Shown: in pieces, positions 17,327-25,327 of the stretch
How the letters are laid out: each line of letters starts with the position of its first letter
Numbering within the stretch: the stretch's first letter is position 1
Assembly (NCBI GenBank): GCA_037142195.1
Contig: JBAXBA010000045.1
Coordinates: 1-27,907 of the forward strand
DNA from: Pseudomonadota bacterium
Lineage (GTDB): Bacteria; Bdellovibrionota_B; Oligoflexia; Oligoflexales; CAIMVM01
DNA length: 27,907 bases
Direction: 5' to 3'
Program-made: the position numbers and the translations under genes
Notes under the pieces: model-generated
Database searches by the model: none
Told to the model about the DNA's origin: nothing
Seen by the model: only the letters and a program-made list of their open reading frames with translations

Positions 17327-18079
17327 ATGAGGATGATGAAGTATTCCTTAGCTGCGATCCTAACGATCGTTTCCGCTTGCGGAAGGGTAGATGTACCATC
17401 AACGGAAGAGATTTTTCTTGGAAATCTTATCGGGACTACTTTGGAAGACAAAACCATCGCTTTGACTTATGATGATGGTCCATCGGAATATACACTGCCT
17501 CTTGCCAAGTGGCTAAATGCTAATGATATCAAAGCAACTTTTTTCGTAGTCGGATCCAATGTCGCTGGAAAGGAGGATGTCCTCTCTCAGGTTAAAGAAT
17601 TAGGTCATTTAATTGGGAATCACTCCTTCACACACCGAAACATGACGAAATTGACCCAGGCACAGGTTTTAGAAGAGATGGAGTCTACTCATAAGTTGAT
17701 TGCACCTTACGTCGACCAAAATTTTCTTTTTAGGGCGCCTTTTGGTGCTTGGTCTAAAACATTGTCTGATGCGGTAAATGCAAGCTCTCTTTCCTTTTAT
17801 GCGGGTAATATCTTCTGGGATATAGGAGGAGAATTGTCTGGTAACTATGCTGCAGATTGGAACTGCTGGAGTGCCAGTATTTCCGTTGTTGACTGCGGCA
17901 AGCGTTATGAAGCCGAAGTCAAGGATAGAGGCAGAGGAATTGTTCTTATGCATGACGTAACAGAACAAACCTGGCAGATGAGTCGCTATTTAATCCCACG
18001 CTTAAAGGAACAGGGGTATAAATTTGTAAGAGCCGACGAAGTTCCCAGAATTAAAACTGCACTTAAGACAAACGGATAG
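17327..18079 (+). CDS. Polysaccharide/peptidoglycan deacetylase (CE4, NodB domain) lipoprotein
   Basis: Lipobox VSA-C with TYDDGP, HSFTH, FRAPFG and LMHD motifs. The true start may be 17333 or 17336. Confidence 0.92.
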   Translation: MRMMKYSLAAILTIVSACGRVDVPSTEEIFLGNLIGTTLEDKTIALTYDDGPSEYTLPLAKWLNANDIKATFFVVGSNVAGKEDVLSQVKELGHLIGNHSFTHRNMTKLTQAQVLEEMESTHKLIAPYVDQNFLFRAPFGAWSKTLSDAVNASSLSFYAGNIFWDIGGELSGNYAADWNCWSASISVVDCGKRYEAEVKDRGRGIVLMHDVTEQTWQMSRYLIPRLKEQGYKFVRADEVPRIKTALKTNG

Positions 18080-19374
18080 TGGATATGACTTCTTTATTAA
18101 TTAAAAACGGAATTTGCGTTCTACCAGGTAGAACTGTAAAGGCTGATGTCCTTATGGAAAATGGGTCTATCGTCGAGGTAGGTCAGGTGAGGCGGTCAGC
18201 CACTCAAGAGATCGAGGCTGAAGGGCTCCATGTGCTTCCGGGTATTATTGATAGTCAAGTGCATTTTAGAGAACCAGGATTGACCCACAAAGAAGATCTC
18301 GAGTCTGGGTCAAAAAGTGCCGCTTTAGGCGGTGTTACTAGTTTCTATGAAATGCCCAATACAAATCCATCCACTACCACAGTGTCGGCCTTACAGCATA
18401 AAATTGATATTGCTCGTCGGGTTTCTCGAGTGAATTTTGGCTTTTTTATCGGAGCTACGGACAGCAATCTCGAAGAACTGATTGCTTCTCAGTTCGTGGA
18501 GCATTGTGTGGGAATTAAAATTTTTCTAGGTTCTTCAACGGGGTCATTACTTCTAAATGATCGAAAGAAGCTTAAGGAAATTTTTTTGAAGACAAGATGT
18601 CCCATTGCGATTCATTCCGAAGATGAAGAAGTCCTACTGAAAAGAATGGACATAAGAAATCGTGCCACCTCTGCTGTGTCTCATCCTGATTGGCGCAATG
18701 TGGAATCCGCTCTTAGTTCTACTAAAATGATTGTGGAGCTAGCCCGTGAAACGAACCGAAAAATCCATATTTTGCATATAACTTCAAAAGAAGAGATTGA
18801 TTTTCTGTCTGCTCATAAGGATCTCGTCACTGTCGAAGTTCTTCCCCAGCATTTGACTCTTTTTAGTCCAGATTGTTATGAGCGTCTCGGCAACTATGCT
18901 CAAATGAACCCTCCCATTCGCACGAAAGACCACCAAGAGGGCCTATGGCGTGGAGTATTAAACGAAGTTGTGGATGTATTGGGATCAGATCACGCTCCCC
19001 ATACTAAAGAAGAAAAAGATCGTCCTTATCCTAATTCGCCAAGCGGTATGCCTGGGGTTCAGACTATGGTTCCCATTATGCTCAATCATGTGAATCAGGG
19101 GCGTCTCACTCTGGAACGCTTTGTCCAAATGGCCTCCACACGACCCGCTCAAATCTATGGAAAAAACAAAGGACGGATTGGAGTTGGCGCAGATGGCGAC
19201 TTAACTTTGGTTTCGATGAGTAAGAACCATACCATCACAAATGGTGAGCAAGCGACCAAGTCGGGTTGGACACCATTTGCTGGAATGGAAGTACGCGGCA
19301 TGCCGGTCTATACCATCGTTGGGGGGCAGGTAGTTATGGCTAACGGTCAACTGCTTGAGGCAGGAAAACCCTAG
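18079..19374 (+). CDS. pyrC: Dihydroorotase (long type)
   Basis: DSQVHFREPG, EMPNT, GIKIFLGSSTG, HSED, HILH, QMNPPIR, GSDHAPH and SGMPGVQT. The start may be ATG 18085. Confidence 0.9.
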   Translation: MDMTSLLIKNGICVLPGRTVKADVLMENGSIVEVGQVRRSATQEIEAEGLHVLPGIIDSQVHFREPGLTHKEDLESGSKSAALGGVTSFYEMPNTNPSTTTVSALQHKIDIARRVSRVNFGFFIGATDSNLEELIASQFVEHCVGIKIFLGSSTGSLLLNDRKKLKEIFLKTRCPIAIHSEDEEVLLKRMDIRNRATSAVSHPDWRNVESALSSTKMIVELARETNRKIHILHITSKEEIDFLSAHKDLVTVEVLPQHLTLFSPDCYERLGNYAQMNPPIRTKDHQEGLWRGVLNEVVDVLGSDHAPHTKEEKDRPYPNSPSGMPGVQTMVPIMLNHVNQGRLTLERFVQMASTRPAQIYGKNKGRIGVGADGDLTLVSMSKNHTITNGEQATKSGWTPFAGMEVRGMPVYTIVGGQVVMANGQLLEAGKP

Positions 19375-19416
19375 ATCGTCTAGGCCGCTTCCTAGTAGAA
19401 TTCTAAAATGCGAATT

Positions 19417-19593
19417 TTAAATTTCTTCTATATTTAACGACATTTTAATCAATACGAGTTCGTCGTAGCTAGGTTTTAGGGAGCCAGTTTCAAAGAGTGA
19501 GATTCTACTCTGGCTGCAGCCCACTGCGGCTGCTAGATCATTTTGGGTGAGCTTCATTCGTCTACGTTTTAACTTCAGGTCTTTATGATGCAT
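19417..19593 (-). CDS. XRE/Cro-C1-family helix-turn-helix regulator (58 aa), absent from the ORF track
   Basis: Translated by hand: MHHKDLKLKRRRMKLTQNDLAAAVGCSQSRISLFETGSLKPSYDELVLIKMSLNIEEI. SD AGGAGG 5 nt upstream of the ATG. Confidence 0.9.
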   Translation of the reverse strand: MHHKDLKLKRRRMKLTQNDLAAAVGCSQSRISLFETGSLKPSYDELVLIKMSLNIEEI

Positions 19594-19615
19594 GGCATCC
19601 TCCTATGTTTTGGCC

Positions 19616-19643
19616 CTTATAGCGAGCCTTCTAGAAAAGTAAA
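19616..19643 (-). promoter_or_regulatory. Putative sigma70 promoter of the XRE gene
   Basis: Minus strand TTTACT-N16-TATAAG with an AT-rich upstream tract. Confidence 0.4.
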
Positions 19644-19690
19644 ATATTTAAAATAAGTTTAAACCATAGGAAAAATGTATGGTCCCCAAA

Positions 19691-20265
19691 AGCGAAAGCT
19701 TTTTAAGGAATAGAATATTGAAAAGAGCAAAGACTCTTAGGCGTTTAGCTATTACACCCGCCAGGTCCTTATCCTCAGCCTCATAGGCGGATGCGATGAC
19801 ATTATGTACCAGGATAGCATTTGGTGGAGTTTCGATTTTGCAGAAATTCGGCCTGCCATGGACTAATGAAATGCCTGTGATCCTTCTAAGAAACGGGCGT
19901 AGTTTCGAGAGATTTCCTAGTTAGCAGCGGTACACTGAAAAATCGCCATGATCCCTTGGAAAAGTCTCGAAATTGCGCCCGGCACGGTGGTTTGAAGCCA
20001 GTTCTTTTGAGAGCGGTCCATTCTCAGTAGAAGGTTAGGCCAACTCGATTAATAGGATCAAGGAGCGCATCGTCAGCCACGAAATGAAGACCGACAATCT
20101 CAATTTTATAAGGTAGCAGTAAATCATCAAGTTTCATTTGAAATGCGAGCATGTCTGACAATTGGCATCGGGGGGAGTCTAAGGCAAGGTCGATATCGGG
20201 GCCTTGCTTGAAATTTCCTTTTGCGCGGGATCCAGCGTGCGGTGGATGTTAAAAAAGCTTTCGCT
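19691..20265 (+). ncRNA. Candidate large structured non-coding RNA or inverted-repeat-bounded element
   Basis: No ORF >=60 aa. The ends AGCGAAAGCTTTTT (19691-19704) and AAAAAGCTTTCGCT (20252-20265) are exact reverse complements. Internal stems 19895-19910/19965-19980 and 20182-20191/20200-20209 pair through G-U on the + strand. Confidence 0.3.
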
Positions 20266-20300
20266 CCTAGTTCGCTAGCTGCCATGGAAGTGTGACCGGA

Positions 20301-21074
20301 TTACGACTTCAGGCCATGTCCTTTGGAAAGAAAATGAAAGCATAGAGTTGTAAAAAAAGTCGCGAGTCCAAAAGAAACAAAAAGGGCAGTAGTGGTATCG
20401 ACCTCACTTAAGCCCGTGTAGCCGTATCTAAATAGACTCACCATATACAGTATGGGGTTGAGGTGGCTTAAGGAACGCCAAAAATCAGGTAATATGGATA
20501 CGCTGTAAAAAACACCACCTAAGTAGGTAAGTGGAGTCAGAAAAAACGTGGGAACAATATTAATGTCATCAAACTTCTTAGCAAAAAGACCATTTAAAAA
20601 ACCAGCAGAGGAAAAAAGCCAAGCACTCACAAAAACGCTCATGAGGGCTATCCAGGGATGATTAAAGTGCAGCGGAACAAAAAGGCTTGAAATAAAAGTA
20701 ACGATTCCCCCACAAAGCATGCCGCGCAAAGTCCCACCCATGAGAAATCCAGCCAAAATCATACCGTTTGGCATGGGTGAAACGATCATTTCCTCAATGT
20801 ATTTCTGAAATTTAGACGAGAAAAAAGAACTTGAAACATTGGCGTAAGAATTGGTGATCACGGTCATCATGACGAGCCCAGGGGCAATGTATTCCATGTA
20901 AGATATGCCATTCATGGAGCCGATTTTTGAGCCGACAAGTCTACCAAAAATAAGAAAATAGAGAGTCATAGTTATGGCAGAGGGGAGAAGAGTTTGAGGC
21001 CAGATTCTTAAAAAGCGATAACATTCTTTTTTAAGAATGGTCGTGAAAGCTATCCAAAACTGGTAGTTATTCAT
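20301..21074 (-). CDS. yadH: ABC-2 type transporter permease (YadH-like)
   Basis: KECYRFLRIWPQTLLPSAITMTLYFLIFG, YMEYIAPGL, NSYANVSSSFF, PLTYLGGVFYS and NPILYMV. Confidence 0.9.
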   Translation of the reverse strand: MNNYQFWIAFTTILKKECYRFLRIWPQTLLPSAITMTLYFLIFGRLVGSKIGSMNGISYMEYIAPGLVMMTVITNSYANVSSSFFSSKFQKYIEEMIVSPMPNGMILAGFLMGGTLRGMLCGGIVTFISSLFVPLHFNHPWIALMSVFVSAWLFSSAGFLNGLFAKKFDDINIVPTFFLTPLTYLGGVFYSVSILPDFWRSLSHLNPILYMVSLFRYGYTGLSEVDTTTALFVSFGLATFFTTLCFHFLSKGHGLKS

Positions 21075-21997
21075 GGCTCATTCCCCTTTGCAACCAATCC
21101 TACAAAAAGCTCTTCTAATCGATTCGTCTTATTTCTAAGACTCTTGACTGTAATGTTAAATCTACCGAGCTCTGCAAACAATTTTCCTAGATCGTTTCTG
21201 CTGTCAAAAACAACTTCAATGGTGTTGTTATCCAGGCTTTTAAACTGAAAACCATCAGAGGAACTAGGAGGCAATGATTTGTAGGCAAGGACGTCAAGAA
21301 TCAGTGTCTCTTTTTGGGTGCGACTTAGAAGCTCTTTAATAGAAGTATTTTCTACGACTAAGCCTTTGGAAATGATGGCTATATTTTTGCACAAGTTTTC
21401 AGCTTCTTCTAAATAGTGAGTGGTTAAAATGATCGTGGTACCACTGCTATTGATATCCTTCAGAAACTCCCACATAGAGCGTCGAATCTCAATGTCGACA
21501 CCAGCCGTAGGCTCGTCTAAAATGAGAAGTTTCGGTTGATGAATGAGGGAGCGGGCAATGAGAAGCCTTCGCTTCATTCCCCCTGAGAGGGTTCGAGATT
21601 GCTCATTTCGCTTGTCCCAAAGATCAAGTTTTTCTAAGAGTTCTTCAGCGCGTTTGTGAGAGGACTTCCCTGAAATTCCGTAATATCCAGCTTGCCATCT
21701 GAGAATTTGCAGGGGAGTTTCAAAAATAGAGAAGTTAAATTCTTGAGGGACTAATCCTATTTGAGTTCTCGCTAAGGGAAAGTTCTTGTCTATGTCGATG
21801 CCGAAAATCTTAACATTTCCCTCAGATTTATTCACCAGACCTGAAACAATACCAATCAGCGTGGACTTACCGGCGCCATTGGGTCCCAATAACGCAAAAA
21901 AATCACCTGACCGTATTTCTAAGCTGACTCCTTTTAAGGCTTCAACTCCCGTGCCATAGACTTTTTTAACATTCGATGCGGATAATGCATATTCCAA
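21071..21997 (-). CDS. yadG: ABC transporter ATP-binding protein (YadG-like)
   Basis: GPNGAGKST, VPQEFNF, LSGGMKRR, ILDEPTAGVD, TTHYLEEAE and NRLEELF. ATGA overlap with the permease. Confidence 0.92.
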   Translation of the reverse strand: MEYALSASNVKKVYGTGVEALKGVSLEIRSGDFFALLGPNGAGKSTLIGIVSGLVNKSEGNVKIFGIDIDKNFPLARTQIGLVPQEFNFSIFETPLQILRWQAGYYGISGKSSHKRAEELLEKLDLWDKRNEQSRTLSGGMKRRLLIARSLIHQPKLLILDEPTAGVDIEIRRSMWEFLKDINSSGTTIILTTHYLEEAENLCKNIAIISKGLVVENTSIKELLSRTQKETLILDVLAYKSLPPSSSDGFQFKSLDNNTIEVVFDSRNDLGKLFAELGRFNITVKSLRNKTNRLEELFVGLVAKGNEP

Positions 21998-22058
21998 GGG
22001 ACCATCCTGATTCTTAGCCCTAAAAAGAGCCTTTTTTTCAAACCGTTTAGAGTCTCAG

Positions 22059-22922
22059 TTAAGAAGTTTTAGAAACGAGCCCTATATTTTCCATGGGGGC
22101 TCGTATTTTAGCTTCCTTGAGCCCTTCAGCAAGTCCCATTTTTTCACATGCCCAGATCATCCATGCTGTGAGATTGATACATCTCAGGCTTTCAGATGCT
22201 TTCCAGTCGTATTGATAGGCATGGTGAAAGTTATGGTATCCCTCTCCGTGGGCAAAAAGGCTTAACAGATGATTCTCTACTGGCAAAATATCCGGGCGAT
22301 AAGGTTTTCTTCCCCAAGCGTGTGCGAAACTATTAATGGCCAGTGTGGCGTGAAGCTTTAACATAATCCTTAAGAATCCAGCCACCATAAGTCCACCTAT
22401 CGGGTCGTGCCAGAGGCTCGAAAGAGCCACCGGAACTCCTAGGGCTAGGACAGGTGAAATCCATTGGTAGTATTTGTGTTGAAGTCTCAGTAAGGTATCA
22501 CCATAGAGATCATCCATGGGGATTTTTTTAGCGGCTTCTCTAATAGCTGCTGGTTTTTCAAAAAACAGCCATCCTATATGGGACCACCAAAACCCGCGAC
22601 GTGCATTATGGGGATCCAGTTCTGTATCCGAGTACTTATGATGAATGCGATGATCTCGGCACCACCAAATCGCACTCCCCACCATAGCCATAGTCGAAAA
22701 GAACAAATAGAAAATTTGCAGGGGGCGTTTTGCAGTATACGAGCGATGGGACCAAAATCTGTGGAGTCCTCCCGTTATGCTGACCCCCGTTAAAAAATAG
22801 AGGATGATAGCTAGGAGAATAGTAGAGGAATCAGTATGGGGAAGATAAAATATTCCCGCTATACCAAAAAGGTGAATCATGCTCATGACAGCTATGTTTG
22901 AATGATTTAAAGAAACTTTCAT
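22059..22922 (-). CDS. Delta-9 acyl-CoA/acyl-lipid fatty acid desaturase
   Basis: His boxes HRFWSH, HRIHH and HNFHH, plus DPHN, GFWWSHIGW and NSFAH. Confidence 0.93.
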   Translation of the reverse strand: MKVSLNHSNIAVMSMIHLFGIAGIFYLPHTDSSTILLAIILYFLTGVSITGGLHRFWSHRSYTAKRPLQIFYLFFSTMAMVGSAIWWCRDHRIHHKYSDTELDPHNARRGFWWSHIGWLFFEKPAAIREAAKKIPMDDLYGDTLLRLQHKYYQWISPVLALGVPVALSSLWHDPIGGLMVAGFLRIMLKLHATLAINSFAHAWGRKPYRPDILPVENHLLSLFAHGEGYHNFHHAYQYDWKASESLRCINLTAWMIWACEKMGLAEGLKEAKIRAPMENIGLVSKTS

Positions 22923-23252
22923 TTTCGCCTCAAAATAGGAAGAATTGCGATATGGCTCATTAATTGCAAGCGTCGGAAGTGAAGATCAATTGTGACAAAA
23001 ATTTTGGAAATATTCCGTCATAATTATGTAAAAACTTTGCAATCATTGACTAATTTTAAGCCTTTACTGCCCAGTAAAAGGGGCTCTTTTTTACAGCTAA
23101 TGCACAGTATTTTATGAACATTTCAGGATTCAAGGGCTAAGCCTTCAGATAAAAAGGAACGTGTGCTACTATTTAAACAGCAGCATATAAGTGAACCTGG
23201 ATTCTATTGAAATCTGCTTAAATCCTAATCCATTTTTAAGTAAGGGCTAGAG

Positions 23253-23615
23253 ATGTCAAAAAAAAATTTACTCATCGTGGAAGATGAGCCTGATATTGCT
23301 GCGATGCAAAGAGATTTTTTTGAGATGCATGAATTTAAAGTCGATGTGGTAACAAATGGAATTGATGCTGTTAAGTTCTGTAACCAAAAAAAATACGATT
23401 TTATTCTTTCTGATATTAAAATGCCAAAAGCAGATGGTTTCTATTTGTTGGAAAACTTTGGTCAACAGAATCATGAGAGCGGAAAGCCGAAGTTTTTTAT
23501 CGTTTCAGGGTTGCCTGATTTGGACGAAGAAAACATACTTTCTCTCCGGGCGGATGGCATTTTTGGAAAGCCCATAAACTTCGGGAAATTATTAAACGCC
23601 ATGCATAAGGCCTAA
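23253..23615 (+). CDS. Single-domain response regulator (CheY-like receiver)
   Basis: LLIVEDE, SDIKMP (phospho-acceptor Asp), VSG and GKP in 120 aa, with no output domain. Confidence 0.9.
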   Translation: MSKKNLLIVEDEPDIAAMQRDFFEMHEFKVDVVTNGIDAVKFCNQKKYDFILSDIKMPKADGFYLLENFGQQNHESGKPKFFIVSGLPDLDEENILSLRADGIFGKPINFGKLLNAMHKA

Positions 23616-23960
23616 AAGCCTTCGTTTATTTGGTGGAAGATGATAATTTTTGATGTGATAGTACTTGCTCGTTTCGTCACCTATGCCATTTTAGGGTCCC
23701 GATGAATAGCGCGGCAAAGGTAATTTCTCGCCTTAAAATCAGCAATTTATTCCGTCACAAGTAACGTGAAGGATGTCGAGTTATGTTTTTGGAATGTGTT
23801 ACTAGCGTTTAGGTATGGGGCCATCAATCGTGGGGGAGCATTTTCTACCTTTTTTCTACCTTTTTTAAATCTTTTTTATCTGGGAGCTTGCCATCTTAGC
23901 GTCTGTTAGCGGCTCCCTAGCCAGCTTGCATTTGCATAAGAGCTCTTTAGTGGAGATGAG

Positions 23961-23997
23961 AAATTGCCATCCTCTAACCAGAAAATGGCAATTTTTT
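23961..23997. terminator. Terminator-like hairpin between convergent genes
   Basis: AAATTGCCAT (23961-23970) pairs with ATGGCAATTT (23985-23994), followed by T residues. Confidence 0.45.
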
Positions 23998-24215
23998 GAG
24001 TAAGGGCCTGTCATGGGCTTTTTATTTTCACATTTGACTCATTTTTATTGCATCAAGGTATAGATTCTTTGGCGGATCGAGAAAACTTTGGTTCTATTTT
24101 AAGAAATTCCGTCTCGCCAAGTTGAAACCTAAGTGTCATTGGTAATGGATCGTAAACGGGAATTTTCGCGATCTTTCCCGGCTGCCTCCTAACGATAAGA
24201 GGCCAAATACATTTC

Positions 24216-24992
24216 CTATGAATGATCTGCTGCCAAGGAATCGATGACTTTAGCTGCGAGCTCGATCACTTTTGCTTCCGCTTCCAGAATGATGGACTCA
24301 TCGGGGAGTTCTCTTCTGTGACGATTGACTATTCCAGCTGCAATCGCTCCGCCTCGCAGTCCAAAAGCAGAGGTTTGAGTAAGAATAAGGCCGGCCTCCA
24401 TTTCAAAGGAAAGCACTCCCAGCTGCTCCATTTCTTTCATTCGGCCTTCTAATTCCCCAACGACAAAACCTTTCTTGAAAGAATCTTGGCGGTTTTGACC
24501 TTGATAGAAGGTATCACTTGATGCGGAAACGCCCACAACGTGGGGAATATTTAAATTTCTAGCAGTGTCGACCAAAGCTCTTACCCATTCATGGTGTGCT
24601 ACTGCAGGATATTCAATAGGCGCAAGGTGTTTAGAAGTTCCTTCCAAACGAACGGAACCCGTCATGATGACAACGGTCCCAGGATCGATTTGAGGTTGTA
24701 TCAACCCAGTAGTCCCTACTCTTAAAAAGTCTTTGACCCCACACATGGCGAGTTCTTCAACGGCAATTGCAGAGGAGGGTCCGCCTATGCCGGTAGAGCA
24801 TACCACCACTTTGCGTCCTTCCTCGGTCTCTGCCAACCACATCATATACTCTCGATTCTGCGCCAGGAAAGTGGGGTTTTTCATCGTTCTGGCGATGCGT
24901 TCTACTCGGCCAGGGTCTCCAGGGAGAATAGCCAGAGTAGCTCCCATGAGTTCGGAGGCTTGAATACGTAGATGAAACATTTTTGGGGCCAT
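24216..24992 (-). CDS. udp: Uridine phosphorylase
   Basis: LPGDPGRV, NREY, STGIGGPS, RVGTTG, SDTFYQGQNR and FEME. Confidence 0.92.
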   Translation of the reverse strand: MAPKMFHLRIQASELMGATLAILPGDPGRVERIARTMKNPTFLAQNREYMMWLAETEEGRKVVVCSTGIGGPSSAIAVEELAMCGVKDFLRVGTTGLIQPQIDPGTVVIMTGSVRLEGTSKHLAPIEYPAVAHHEWVRALVDTARNLNIPHVVGVSASSDTFYQGQNRQDSFKKGFVVGELEGRMKEMEQLGVLSFEMEAGLILTQTSAFGLRGGAIAAGIVNRHRRELPDESIILEAEAKVIELAAKVIDSLAADHS

Positions 24993-25157
24993 AGTGAGCT
25001 TGTCCCTAAGTGTATGAGCAATAGTGGTTTCTAATGGTACAGTGGCTATCTGGTCTTATGGGAGATTATTTTACACCATACCTCAAAGAAGAAACTAGCT
25101 ATTTTATATATCTAAGGAGAATTGGTAATTCCTGTGACGAAGATGAGGCTGAAAATG

Positions 25158-25208
25158 AATGGATCTCTACATGTCTTCGGTGAAGCCGATAGCAGGTAGA
25201 GATCCATT
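25158..25208 (-). terminator. Strong hairpin downstream of the transglutaminase gene (terminator or processing stem)
   Basis: Perfect 13-bp AATGGATCTCTAC/GTAGAGATCCATT with an inner TCGG/CCGA stem. The minus strand continues CATTTTC. Confidence 0.5.
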
Positions 25209-25327
25209 TGCAACCAATATCCGTGGGTTTACTATTGCCTGTGAAAATTTACGCAGCAGTCAAGAGTGAACCCATGAGCGATAGAGGTAAGATTTTTTTG
25301 CATGGAGCGAGCTGGTTCCTTTCTCAG

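Noticed and set aside
19980..19996. sigma54-like CGGCACGGTGGTTTGAA
   Set aside because: The spacing between GG and the -12 element is one base too long, and sigma54 requires exact spacing.
19691..20265. Retron msr-msd or IS interpretation of the inverted-repeat-bounded region
   Set aside because: No reverse transcriptase or transposase in the window and no target-site duplication. Kept only as a generic structured-element candidate.
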